DNA of 64,000 nucleotides from Acidimicrobiales bacterium. Lineage in GTDB: Bacteria > Actinomycetota > Acidimicrobiia > Acidimicrobiales > Bog-793. Made by a program: the position numbers and the translations under genes. Positions 1-9,433 of this stretch are shown here, piece after piece. The notes beneath the pieces were generated by a model that was not told the DNA's origin, made no database searches, and saw nothing but the letters and a program-made list of their open reading frames with translations. Position 1 is the first letter of the stretch. Every line of letters starts with the position of its first letter. The stretch is taken from assembly GCA_052143575.1 (NCBI GenBank), contig JBKQSP010000116.1:205-64204 (forward strand), in the 5' to 3' direction.

Positions 1-267
1 CGTTCCCGACTCGAGCTGGCATGGAGCCCCGCAACGGCAGCCAACCCGGCGGCACGCGTCCTGCTCGAGCACACCGGCTCTTTCGTCGCGCGGTTGCGGC
101 GGGGTGAGGGCAGCTCGCCCTGACCATCTCCGTTGTCGGTCAACGGGTCGATCTTGCAGGCGGGCCGGCCTGTTCGACGCTGTCCCTCGACCGACAGAAC
201 CGGTACCCTGATGACTCAGGTACCCGTGGCGGGTCCTCGTTGGCTCGGACCAACGACTGGGGGCACG

Positions 268-2124
268 ATGGCGAAGACAGTAAACGGCGGGACCACCTCT
301 CACGGCGCGACGTCGAGAGGTGCGGTCACGGCATCGGGTGGCGAGGGAGGGGCGCGGCGGGGCCGCGTGGCAATGATCATGCTCGCCGCCCCGGTCCTCG
401 TTGTTGCGTTCACCGCCGTACCGGCCGCCTCGGCCGGGGTGACGCGTTCGGCCGTAGCGGGCGCCGCCCCCGTCGTGAACTACGCAATCGCAAAACCCAT
501 CTGCAAAGCGCCGAAGCCACGTCACGCCGCCTGCTTTGCCATGAGACTGGTTCGCGTCAAGCCGGGCACCCCAGGCGCCCGTCCCTACGAGCTGGCGGGC
601 GGCGCCGCTCCGAGCCGTGCGACGTCGGGCCGGGCCGAGACGATTGGGCCGGCCGGCGGCCTCACCCCGATCGATCTGGCGACGGCCTACGGCTTCAGCT
701 CGACGGCGTCCGGTAGCGGCCAGACGTTGGCGATTGTCGACGCCTACAACGACCCCGACATCGGCGCCGACCTGCAGACCTTTGACACCCAGTACGGCTT
801 GGCCACCTGTAGCACGAGCGACGGCTGCCTTCGCGTGGTCAGCGAGACGGGTGGCTCGACGCTGCCACCCGACGACACCACAGGCTGGTCCATGGAGGAG
901 TCCCTCGACGTCGAGGCGGCGCATTCCGTGTGCCAAAACTGCAAGATCCTGCTCGTCGAGGCGAAGACCGAATCGAACGCCGATCTCGAGGCAGGCGTCA
1001 AGGAGGCGGTGGCACAGCACGCCACGGAGATCAGCAACTCCTACGGCAGCCCGGAAGCCGGCTCCACCGCGACCGACGAAGCCGCCTACAACCACCGTGG
1101 AGTTGTCATCACAGCCTCTACGGGCGACGACGGATACTACGCCTTTGACCTCCTCGGCTCCGAGGGTGTCATCAACCAGCCGTACGAGCCGGCCTCCTTC
1201 AACTCGGTCGTGGCCGTCGGGGGGACGTCCCTCTTCCTCAGCCAGACGGGCACGCGCCAGTCCGAGTCGGTCTGGAACGACAACGGCGTGCAGGACATCT
1301 GGGAGACCGTCACCGGACTCGCCCTCGGGGCAGGGGGCGGCGGTTGCAGCACGCTCGTGCGGGCGCAGGGCTGGCAGACGCACCTCAGTGATTGGTCGGC
1401 AACGGACTGCGGCACGCACCGCCTCGACGCCGACATCGCCGCCGACGCCGACCCGTTCACCGGTTTCGACATCTACGACTCGTTCAACTGCGGCAGCTCC
1501 TGCACGACAGGCTGGAGCACGGTCGGAGGTACCTCGCTGTCGTCTCCGATCGTGGCCGGCATGTTCGCCCTCGCCGGTGGCTCACACGGTGTCGCCTATC
1601 CGGCATTGACGCTCTACGGGCATCTCGGCGGCTCCTCCCTCTATGACGTCACGAGCGGTGGCAACGGCTACTGCGACGGCGAAGGCGCTGCTGAGTGCGG
1701 CGATCCCAACACGCTCGGGGCCGGCATCCTCGACTGCGACTACCCGGCGAACGGAGCGGTGCCGAGCGCCGGCGACCTCGCCTGTGACGCGTCCCCCGGC
1801 TTCGACGGCCCGAGCGGGGTCGGCACCCCGCGCGGGCTGGGTGCCTTTGCCAAGACAGGGCCGACAGCGACGATCAGCGGCTCGAAGTCGCCGCTGCACG
1901 GTACGACGGTCACGTGGAAGGCGACCGTGAAGGATCCCTTCCCCGGCGGCGTCGTGACGAGCTACACCTGGGAATGGGGTGACGGGAGCGCATCCACCGT
2001 GACCCCGACGGCAACGGCCTCGCACCGTTATGCCAAGGCTGCTCTCACGGTCACGATCACGCTGACCGTGAAGGACAACTACGGCCAAACCGGCTCGGCG
2101 ACCTACACCGTGAAGGTGCGATAG
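268..2124 (+). CDS. Exported S53 (sedolisin/kumamolisin-like) serine-carboxyl peptidase with C-terminal PKD-like domain
   Basis: ORF 133..2124. Hydrophobic signal/anchor 'VAMIMLAAPVLVVAFTAVPAASA'. 'WSMEESLDVEAAH' supplies the Glu/Asp of the S53 triad and 'GGTSLSSPIVAGMFAL' the Ser nucleophile. C-terminal 'YTWEWGDGS...VKDNYGQ' is a PKD-type motif. Start uncertain (TTG 133, ATG 211 or ATG 268). Confidence 0.8.
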   Translation: MAKTVNGGTTSHGATSRGAVTASGGEGGARRGRVAMIMLAAPVLVVAFTAVPAASAGVTRSAVAGAAPVVNYAIAKPICKAPKPRHAACFAMRLVRVKPGTPGARPYELAGGAAPSRATSGRAETIGPAGGLTPIDLATAYGFSSTASGSGQTLAIVDAYNDPDIGADLQTFDTQYGLATCSTSDGCLRVVSETGGSTLPPDDTTGWSMEESLDVEAAHSVCQNCKILLVEAKTESNADLEAGVKEAVAQHATEISNSYGSPEAGSTATDEAAYNHRGVVITASTGDDGYYAFDLLGSEGVINQPYEPASFNSVVAVGGTSLFLSQTGTRQSESVWNDNGVQDIWETVTGLALGAGGGGCSTLVRAQGWQTHLSDWSATDCGTHRLDADIAADADPFTGFDIYDSFNCGSSCTTGWSTVGGTSLSSPIVAGMFALAGGSHGVAYPALTLYGHLGGSSLYDVTSGGNGYCDGEGAAECGDPNTLGAGILDCDYPANGAVPSAGDLACDASPGFDGPSGVGTPRGLGAFAKTGPTATISGSKSPLHGTTVTWKATVKDPFPGGVVTSYTWEWGDGSASTVTPTATASHRYAKAALTVTITLTVKDNYGQTGSATYTVKVR

Positions 2125-2148
2125 CCCGCCATCGACGTGGACGAGCGC

Positions 2149-3375
2149 CTACCAGACCGCCTCTGAGATGCTGTCGCTGCCGTCGGGAACGCGTCGTACG
2201 AGATGCAACCGGGAGCCGCTGAACAGTTCGATCCAGTCCATCTGTTGCTGGACGGTGCGGAGGCCTTGGTGAATCGGCGCCTCGTATTCGTCGATGAGCA
2301 CGAGGCGGCCGTTCGGGTTGACAGAGAGGCTCGTCCCGTCGGCTTGGGGGGGCAGCCTCCAGCGCCCGATCACCGAGAGTCGAGCATTCAGCTGGACAAT
2401 GGCGTCCCTGCCGAGGTCGCCGCCCGCGTCCCCGCAGGCTTCGAGGGCCAACACCCCCCAGGCGTCCGGAGCGGCCTCGACGTAGGAGCAGCCCGCCGGG
2501 GCCGGGGTCAGCGAGACGGAGTGCATGGAAGCCGGCCGGAGCGCCGAGACGTTCGCCAGCTCGTCCTGCTTCGACTCGGCGCAGACCCCGTAACCCATCC
2601 CCGCCAGCTGCGTCGAGCCGAGCGCCGACGGCCCGAATCCAAAGACGAGACGGGCGCTGTCGGGTGTCCATGTCACCGACGAGAGGTCGTGACAGACGCG
2701 GGCGTCCTCGCCGATGGACCACTGCCGACCGCTACGAAGGTCGCGGACCTCGATATGAGCGTTGAAATAGGAGCGCGCGCACGGCCCTGTCTCGTAGGCC
2801 ACGTATCTGCCGTTCGGGCTCGGGACTGCAGCGCCGAACCAGACGGAGCGGGGGGTGCGGAAGACGACGATCTCTTTGCCCGTGGCGGGGTCGAACTCGA
2901 CGGCGGCGCCCGAGCAGCTGTTCGGCGCTGGGTCACCGCCGGCCGTGTCGTTGCGGTACCGCGGACCGCGGGACTCGCTGAACCAAATCCATCCGTCTTG
3001 CGCCTGAACGAGATGACCGGCCCAGCCGCTCCCGCTCGCTCCGGGGAGACGTGCCACCTGGCGGATCGGCTTGCCTGTGACGGCAGAGAATTCCTCGACG
3101 ACCGGGGTGTGGTCAGGCGCCGTATTCCAGATGGCGAAGAAGTGGGACGTCGTGATCGGTACCGAGACGATGGTGCCCGAGAGCCTGGGCGTGGTCGATG
3201 TGTGCGGGTGAGCCGAGGCTGGCGACGTGGGCGGCGTCGTAGCTGCCGTCGTGCACGCCGCCAACGAGATCGCCGCAGCCACGGTCGCCACGGCGGCGAC
3301 CGACACCCGGGGGCCACGGCAACGCCTCACGCCATCAAGAAGCCATCGGCGGTCGCCGCCGCGTACTGCCAACAT
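2149..3375 (-). CDS. Lipoprotein with TolB-like beta-propeller repeats, function unknown
   Basis: Lipobox 'AISLAAC' after a basic n-region. Repeated TolB/WD40-like strands 'SPNGRYVAYE', 'VTWTPDSARLVFG', 'SVNPNGRLVLID'. No catalytic motif recognised. Confidence 0.55.
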   Translation of the reverse strand: MLAVRGGDRRWLLDGVRRCRGPRVSVAAVATVAAAISLAACTTAATTPPTSPASAHPHTSTTPRLSGTIVSVPITTSHFFAIWNTAPDHTPVVEEFSAVTGKPIRQVARLPGASGSGWAGHLVQAQDGWIWFSESRGPRYRNDTAGGDPAPNSCSGAAVEFDPATGKEIVVFRTPRSVWFGAAVPSPNGRYVAYETGPCARSYFNAHIEVRDLRSGRQWSIGEDARVCHDLSSVTWTPDSARLVFGFGPSALGSTQLAGMGYGVCAESKQDELANVSALRPASMHSVSLTPAPAGCSYVEAAPDAWGVLALEACGDAGGDLGRDAIVQLNARLSVIGRWRLPPQADGTSLSVNPNGRLVLIDEYEAPIHQGLRTVQQQMDWIELFSGSRLHLVRRVPDGSDSISEAVW

Positions 3376-3449
3376 GGCTTATCCCACGGCGCGTGATGCG
3401 GCTGGCAGTACCCTGACGGGACCATCGAACCGCTTGCCGGGAGGCGCAC

Positions 3450-4658
3450 ATGAGGACACGTCCCATTCTGACGCGCGGGGTCGGTCTCGTCATGGCCGTG
3501 TGCGCCTGCGTCGGCACACAGGTCCTCGGCTCGGATGTCGCGAGCGCCACGTCCGGCTGGAGCCTCGTGCCGAGCCCCGGGGTGCCCGATTCCACCTACT
3601 CGTACCTGAGCAGCGTGTCGTGTCCCGCCCTCGACGACTGCTTCGCCGTCGGTACCGGGGGAACCAACGAGAACACTCCATCGGTGACATCGCTGCCGCT
3701 CATCGATCACTGGGACGGTTCACAGTGGTGGGCGCTCGACCCACCGCCCCGCCCGAACGAAAACTTCCTCAGTTCGGTGTCGTGCCCCTCCCGCACCTTC
3801 TGCGTCGCTGTCGGGCACAACTACGATTCGACGGAGAACTCCACCACCGCCATCGCCGACGAATGGAACGGGCGGTCCTGGTTCTCAATGGCGTTCCCCG
3901 ACCCGGCTGGCACGAACCTCTCCCTGAGCGCCGTCACCTGCCTCTCGAACCGCGACTGTGTGGCCGTCGGCGACGAAATTGGCAGCTCGAAGTTGTCGGT
4001 TTTCGTCGCTCGCTTCTCTGGGGCGAGCTGGAAGGAGAGCACAACCAGCGGCGTGAGCGCCGTCGAGAACGCCACGCTCCTTGCCGTCAGCTGCTCGTCG
4101 CCCACCTGGTGCGTCGCAGCCGGCTACTCCCACGTGAGCAGCGGGGACACAGCGATCATTCTCACGACGAGCTCGCAAACTGCCTGGGCGGAGGACACGA
4201 AGACTGTCATCTCGGCAAGCGTGGCGGAGTTCACCGGCGCCAGCTGCCTCAAGGGCCGGACCTGCCAGGTTGCCGGCTATGACACGACAGGTGCCGGACC
4301 GGATGCTTCCGGATACGAGGTGATCGAATCCGGCCTCGGAGCATCCTTCAAGGCGACGAAGCTGGCGACCGCAGTGCCGCGGGGCTTTCAAGTTCCCGAA
4401 GGCATCACCTGCTCGACGCCGACGTCGTGTGTGCTCGACGGCCTCGTGATACGGGAGACCGGCGGCGACACCACGACCACGGCCCTCGTCCAGTCGTGGA
4501 ACGGCCACAAGCTCGCCAGCGTGCCGGGTCAGGTGCAGCCTGGTTGGGTCACTCAGGGCCTCCTCGGCGTTGCGTGCTCGGGGTCGATGTGCTGGGGAGT
4601 GGGGTCGGTGGCGAACTCGGGAAGCACCCTTGGACGGACCCTGATCGAGCGATCCTGA
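3450..4658 (+). CDS. Exported protein made of seven Cys-pair repeats (propeller-like), function unknown
   Basis: GGGAGG Shine-Dalgarno sequence 5 nt before ATG 3450. Signal peptide 'MRTRPILTRGVGLVMAVCACVGTQVLG'. Seven units carry a 'V(S/T)C-x4-6-C-x-(A/V)-(V/A)-G' core. Confidence 0.7.
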   Translation: MRTRPILTRGVGLVMAVCACVGTQVLGSDVASATSGWSLVPSPGVPDSTYSYLSSVSCPALDDCFAVGTGGTNENTPSVTSLPLIDHWDGSQWWALDPPPRPNENFLSSVSCPSRTFCVAVGHNYDSTENSTTAIADEWNGRSWFSMAFPDPAGTNLSLSAVTCLSNRDCVAVGDEIGSSKLSVFVARFSGASWKESTTSGVSAVENATLLAVSCSSPTWCVAAGYSHVSSGDTAIILTTSSQTAWAEDTKTVISASVAEFTGASCLKGRTCQVAGYDTTGAGPDASGYEVIESGLGASFKATKLATAVPRGFQVPEGITCSTPTSCVLDGLVIRETGGDTTTTALVQSWNGHKLASVPGQVQPGWVTQGLLGVACSGSMCWGVGSVANSGSTLGRTLIERS

Positions 4659-4789
4659 CGTCTCCGAACGACGAGCCCATACGCCAGCCGGCGAGGTGCC
4701 GCACCCGTGGTGCAGTCACCACCGCACGTCCTCGCCTGCTGGCGTCCGCTGCCGGGACCTGCGGCAACGAGAGACGAGCGAGTAGCCCC

Positions 4790-7700
4790 TCAAGCCAGCG
4801 TGCGAGCGGACAGGCCCGCCGTGCCCACCATCTCGAAGGCCTCCCACATCGAGGCGTACAGCCCGCCGAGCTGGAGCAGCTCGTCGTGGGAACCCACCTC
4901 GGCGATGCGGCCGCCCTCGAGCACGACGATGCGGTCTGCGGCCCGTGCTGTCTGCAGGCGGTGGGCGATGACGATCGTCGTGCGGCCGTACGACACCCGC
5001 TGCATGGCGGCGGCCACGCGCGCCTCCGTCGCCAAGTCGAGGTTGGAGGTGGCTTCGTCCAACAAGAGCACGGCAGGGTCGACGAGCTCGGCGCGGGCGA
5101 GAGCGATGAGCTGACGCTGGCCGGACGACAAGGACCGTCCCCGCTCCGTCAGCTCGTGCCGGTAACCGCCCGGCAGCTCTGCGACGAACTCGTGGGCGCC
5201 TACGGCGCGGGCCGCCGCCTCCACCTCGGCGTCGGAGGCCGCCGGGCGGCCGTAGGCAATGTTGTCCCGGATCGTCCCGGAGAACAGGAACGCCTCCTGT
5301 GGCACGTAGCCGAGCTGACGCCGGAAGGAGGCCAGGTCGAGCGTGCGGACGTCGTGCCCGTTGACGCGGACGCTGCCCTCGTCCGGATCGTAGAAACGCG
5401 CCAGCAGCTTCATGACGGTCGACTTGCCGGCTCCCGTCTCGCCGACGAGAGCCACGGTCTCGCCGCCGGCGATGGCAAGCGTGATGCCGGACAGGGCCTC
5501 CGGCAACTTGTCGGGCCGTGAGCCGCTCGCCTGCAGGTTCCTCGGGTCGGCCGGCCCGGACCGCTCGGCGCCGACGGCCGTGCCCGCCCCGGGTCGCCCG
5601 GGCACCGCCGGGTACGAGAAGCGCACGTTCTCGAGCTGAATGGCGCCGTCCAGGCGCCCTGGCTGCACCGGAAAGGCCGGTTCGGGTGTCAGGGTCTCGA
5701 GCTGCATGAGCTCGGAGATGCGCCCGACCGAGACGCGTGTCTGCTGCCAGGAGTCGAAGACCTGGGAGAGCTGTTGGATGGGGGAGAAGAACAGGTCGAT
5801 GTACAAGATGAAGGCGATGAGGGCACCGGCGGCGAGGTGCCCCGTGGCGATGAGGCCGGCACCCACGCCCAGCACGATGGCGTCGGCGCCAGCGGAGAGC
5901 AGCTGCACAAAGGGGAAGTACGTGGCCACGAGGCGCTGTGCCGCCATGCGGGACTCGAGGTAGTCGCGGCCGAGGCGGTGGAAGTGGCGTTTCGTCTCGG
6001 ATTCGTGCACGAAGGCCTGTGATTCACGCACCCCCGAGATGCTCTCCTGGAAGTCGGCGTTCACGATGGCGATGCGCTCCCGCGAGAGGTCGTAGAGGCG
6101 GGCCGCCCTCCGCCGGAAGATCACCGTGGCGACGGCGAGGGGCACGACGACGGCGAGCGTGCACAGTCCGAGCTCGGTGTTGATGAGCACGAGGGCAGCC
6201 CCCACGCCGACGAAGGTGACGATCGAGACGAGGGCGGAGAGCAGGCCGTTCTCGATGAGCGACTCGAACTGGTCGACGTCGGTCGTCATACGGGTCATGA
6301 TGCGCCCGGCCATCTCGCGCTCGTAGTAGTCGAGCGAGAGCCGCTGCAGCTGCGCCCAGATCCGGATGCGAAGCGACATCATGATCCGCTGGGCGGCTCG
6401 GCCCGTCACGAAGGTCTCGCCGATCTCGTCGACGAGGTCGGCCAAGGTGATGGCGAGATAGATGGCGGACGCCGCGAACAGCACCGCTTCCGAGCCGAGT
6501 GACACGCCGCTGTCGATACCGGTCTTGACGAGGATGGGTCCGGCCAGCGACGCCAGGGCGTCCACGATCACGAGGGCAAGGCCGACGAGGAGCGGCTTGC
6601 GGAACTCCTTCAGCAAGCGCCCCAGGTTGAAGCCGCGGTCGTGTCGTGACTCCCTCTCGAGATCGACGGTCGGGAAGTCCCGCACCGGCCGCAGGGCGGC
6701 CACGCGGGCCAGGAGCTCCGGCGTCGGCGCCAGGTTGCGCCGCCATCCGCCACCGCCGCCGCCGAGGCCGGCGCCGATGCTCGGGGCACCGATCGTGCGA
6801 ACGGTCGCCTGACCGGCGGCGCCGCTTTGGCTGCCTGCCTCCCAGGCCGATTCGGTCCTCCCTCCGGATCTCGTCCCGGCGGCGATGCTTGCCAGCGCCT
6901 CGATCCTGTCGCCGATCTCCTCTGCCTGCGCCTGCTCGAGTCCCGAGAGGAGGCTGCGGTAGAGCGGGCTGCGGGCTTGCAGCTCCTCGTGGCTGCCGTC
7001 GTCAACGGCGCGCCCGTGCTCCATCACGACGATGCGATCGGCCAGGTGCAAGGTGGAGCGGCGATGAGCGATGAGCAACGTGGTGCGACCCTCCATGACG
7101 GTCCGGAGGGCGTCGTGGATCGACTCCTCCGTCCTTGCGTCGATGGCGCTCGTGGCATCGTCGAGGATGAGGATGCGCGGGTCGTACAGGATCGCCCGCG
7201 CCAGGGCGATGCGCTGACGCTGCCCGCCCGAGAGGGTCAGGCCGCGCTCTCCCACGACGGTGTCGTAGCCGCGGGGGAGGGCCTCGACGAACTCGTGGGC
7301 CTGGGCGGCCCGTGCCGCCGCCTCGATGTCCTCGTCGGAGGCGTCCGGGCGCCCGTAGGCGATGTTCGAGCGGACGGAGTCGGAGAAGAGGAAGCTCTCC
7401 TCGAACACGACGCCGACTTGGCGGCGCAGCGTCTGCAGCGAGACGTCGCGAACATCGTGCCCGTCGATGCGGACGGCACCGCCGCCGGGATCGTAGAAGC
7501 GCGGGACGAGCATCGCCGCCGTCGACTTGCCGCTGCCGCTCGGGCCGACGATGGCCACTCGTTCCCCCGCCCGGATGTGGAGATCGAAGCCATCGAGCAC
7601 CACATGCCCCTCGCCGTATCCGAACCGCACATCGGAGAACTCGATGTCGCCGCGCAGCTCGGGCAGCTCGACGGCACCGGGAGGGTCGCTGATGACCGGC

Positions 7701-8683
7701 CGCAGATCGAGGAGCTGGAAGATGCGCTCGACCCCGGCGCGGGCCTGCTGGCCGATGGTGAGCACGCCGGCGAGCTGGCGGGCGGGCGCCATCAGCTGGG
7801 TGATGTAGGTCGAGAAGGCGAGGAAGGTGCCAAGGGTGATCTCGTGGTGGAGGGCCAGCCAGCCGCCGAGGGCGAGCACGGCGACCTGCCCGATGGCGGG
7901 AACGGCTTCGAGAAGGGGCTGGTAGCGCGACTGCAGCCGGACGGCCCGCATCTGGGCTCCGTACAAGGAGGCAGCGGCGTCGGCGACGCGGCGGAGCTCG
8001 CGGTGCTCTTGCCCGAAGGCCTTCACGACGCGGACGCCGTTGACGTCCTCGTCGACGATCTGGGCGACATCGCCCTCGCGTTGCTGGGCGTCCCAGGTCG
8101 CCGGGAAGACTCGCCACCGCATGCGGTAGGAGACGAGGAGCAGAGCGGGCGCCACGACGACGCTCACGATCGCCAGCAGGGGTGACAGGTAGACCATGAC
8201 CCCGAGAGAGAGGAGCATGAGGAGGACGTTGCCGCTCATGATGGGGAAGAAGCTGAGGAGGCCCTGCACAAGGGTGGAGTCCGAGTTGGCGCGGGCGACG
8301 AGCTGCCCGGTCGGCATGCGGTTGAGGTTGTCGAAGTCCATCGACTGCAGGTGATCGTGCATGTCGTTGCGCAGGTCGTACTGCACACGGAGGGCGACCC
8401 GCCCACCGCGGTATCTCCGCAGGTAGGCGCAACCGAAGGCTGCGGTGGCCAGCGAGATCAACAGTACGAGCCAGGGCCAGAGGGACGAGGTGTGCTCGAG
8501 GATGACCCCGTCGACGATCTGGCGCTCCACGAGCGGGACGACCGTCTGGAAGGCGCTCCCGAGCACGGCGGCCGCCAGTGACAGGACGACGTCGCGGCGG
8601 TGACGGAGCATGTACCCCCAGAGGCGCCGCACCCATCGAACCGGCGTGGCGGCGGTCGCTGTCGTCTGCACCGGAGGGGTCAT
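4790..8683 (-). CDS. Single-chain (TMD-NBD)x2 ABC exporter (fused heterodimer type)
   Basis: One uninterrupted frame. Walker A 'GPSGSGKST' and 'GETGAGKST'. Signatures 'LSGGQRQR' and 'LSSGQRQL'. Walker B 'ILILDDATS' and 'LLLLDEATS'. H-loops 'LIAHRRST' and 'VIAHRLQT'. Two six-helix exporter TMDs. ATG 8683 overlaps the MarR stop (ATGA). The ORF track begins at 8740. Confidence 0.9.
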   Translation of the reverse strand: MTPPVQTTATAATPVRWVRRLWGYMLRHRRDVVLSLAAAVLGSAFQTVVPLVERQIVDGVILEHTSSLWPWLVLLISLATAAFGCAYLRRYRGGRVALRVQYDLRNDMHDHLQSMDFDNLNRMPTGQLVARANSDSTLVQGLLSFFPIMSGNVLLMLLSLGVMVYLSPLLAIVSVVVAPALLLVSYRMRWRVFPATWDAQQREGDVAQIVDEDVNGVRVVKAFGQEHRELRRVADAAASLYGAQMRAVRLQSRYQPLLEAVPAIGQVAVLALGGWLALHHEITLGTFLAFSTYITQLMAPARQLAGVLTIGQQARAGVERIFQLLDLRPVISDPPGAVELPELRGDIEFSDVRFGYGEGHVVLDGFDLHIRAGERVAIVGPSGSGKSTAAMLVPRFYDPGGGAVRIDGHDVRDVSLQTLRRQVGVVFEESFLFSDSVRSNIAYGRPDASDEDIEAAARAAQAHEFVEALPRGYDTVVGERGLTLSGGQRQRIALARAILYDPRILILDDATSAIDARTEESIHDALRTVMEGRTTLLIAHRRSTLHLADRIVVMEHGRAVDDGSHEELQARSPLYRSLLSGLEQAQAEEIGDRIEALASIAAGTRSGGRTESAWEAGSQSGAAGQATVRTIGAPSIGAGLGGGGGGWRRNLAPTPELLARVAALRPVRDFPTVDLERESRHDRGFNLGRLLKEFRKPLLVGLALVIVDALASLAGPILVKTGIDSGVSLGSEAVLFAASAIYLAITLADLVDEIGETFVTGRAAQRIMMSLRIRIWAQLQRLSLDYYEREMAGRIMTRMTTDVDQFESLIENGLLSALVSIVTFVGVGAALVLINTELGLCTLAVVVPLAVATVIFRRRAARLYDLSRERIAIVNADFQESISGVRESQAFVHESETKRHFHRLGRDYLESRMAAQRLVATYFPFVQLLSAGADAIVLGVGAGLIATGHLAAGALIAFILYIDLFFSPIQQLSQVFDSWQQTRVSVGRISELMQLETLTPEPAFPVQPGRLDGAIQLENVRFSYPAVPGRPGAGTAVGAERSGPADPRNLQASGSRPDKLPEALSGITLAIAGGETVALVGETGAGKSTVMKLLARFYDPDEGSVRVNGHDVRTLDLASFRRQLGYVPQEAFLFSGTIRDNIAYGRPAASDAEVEAAARAVGAHEFVAELPGGYRHELTERGRSLSSGQRQLIALARAELVDPAVLLLDEATSNLDLATEARVAAAMQRVSYGRTTIVIAHRLQTARAADRIVVLEGGRIAEVGSHDELLQLGGLYASMWEAFEMVGTAGLSARTLA

Positions 8684-9261
8684 GTGCCGTCCCGGACGTG
8701 ACGCTCGGCCATCACGTCGTCGACGGCAGCCCCCATCCACACGAGTACCCGCAACACCTCCGCCCCGTCCGGCGTCCTGTCGCAGAGCTCGTCGAGGCGG
8801 GCGATCATGGCAGCCTCCACACGGGCCAGCACTCGCTCTCCCTCCAGTGTGAGGTGCAGGGCGGCCACCCGCTGATCGTCTGCCACCCGCGAGCGCTCGA
8901 GGAGCCTCCGCTGGCAGAGTGCCTCCACGGCGGCGCTCACGGTCGGCTTGCCGAGGGCCAGTCTCCTTGCGATCCGAGAGGCTCGCTCGTCGCCCGAGGC
9001 GATGGCCGCCAGCACTCGGTAGTGGGCAAGGTTGAGCTCGTCCGAGGCCCGTTCGAGCAGCCGAGAGACTCGCGCCAGCGCCCGGATCGCCTCGACGGCA
9101 GCGCCGCCGGCCCCCACGGCCTCGGGACGCCCCGACGGGGTGGGGATCTTGTCGTCGGCCGGCTCGTGCACGACAACAGCGTAGCCAGATAGTTCGTCCA
9201 TCGAACCAGTTGCCGGCGGCGAGCGCAGGCGTGGCGGCCGAGCCGGAAGGCGCCGGGCCAT
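8680..9261 (-). CDS. MarR family transcriptional regulator
   Basis: Winged-HTH stretch 'LNLAHYRVLAAIASGDERASRIARRLALGKPTVSAAVEALCQRRLLERSRVADDQRVAALHLTLEGERVL'. Stop overlaps the ABC start. Start uncertain: ATG 9282, ATG 9261 (GAGG 8 nt upstream) or ATG 9201. Confidence 0.85.
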   Translation of the reverse strand: MARRLPARPPRLRSPPATGSMDELSGYAVVVHEPADDKIPTPSGRPEAVGAGGAAVEAIRALARVSRLLERASDELNLAHYRVLAAIASGDERASRIARRLALGKPTVSAAVEALCQRRLLERSRVADDQRVAALHLTLEGERVLARVEAAMIARLDELCDRTPDGAEVLRVLVWMGAAVDDVMAERHVRDGT

Positions 9262-9433
9262 GGCGGGTGCCTCAAGTAGCATTAGCCGAGGTAGGCCGTC
9301 GGTGCTGAGGGCGACGTAGGAGCGTTATTTCCATCTCCGAGAAAGTGATGAGGTCGTCGCCCCCGCTCTCGCCGGTGCCCGTCGAGGCGACGAGGGCGCC
9401 CTCGTGCGCCTGCCCGCCTGCGTGCCGGCGGGC

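Noticed and set aside
1-123. An open frame running into the window start and ending at TGA 121-123 ('...RVLLEHTGSFVARLRRGEGSSP*').
   Set aside because: Only 40 codons are visible and no motif is present. I cannot tell whether it is the 3' end of a real gene.
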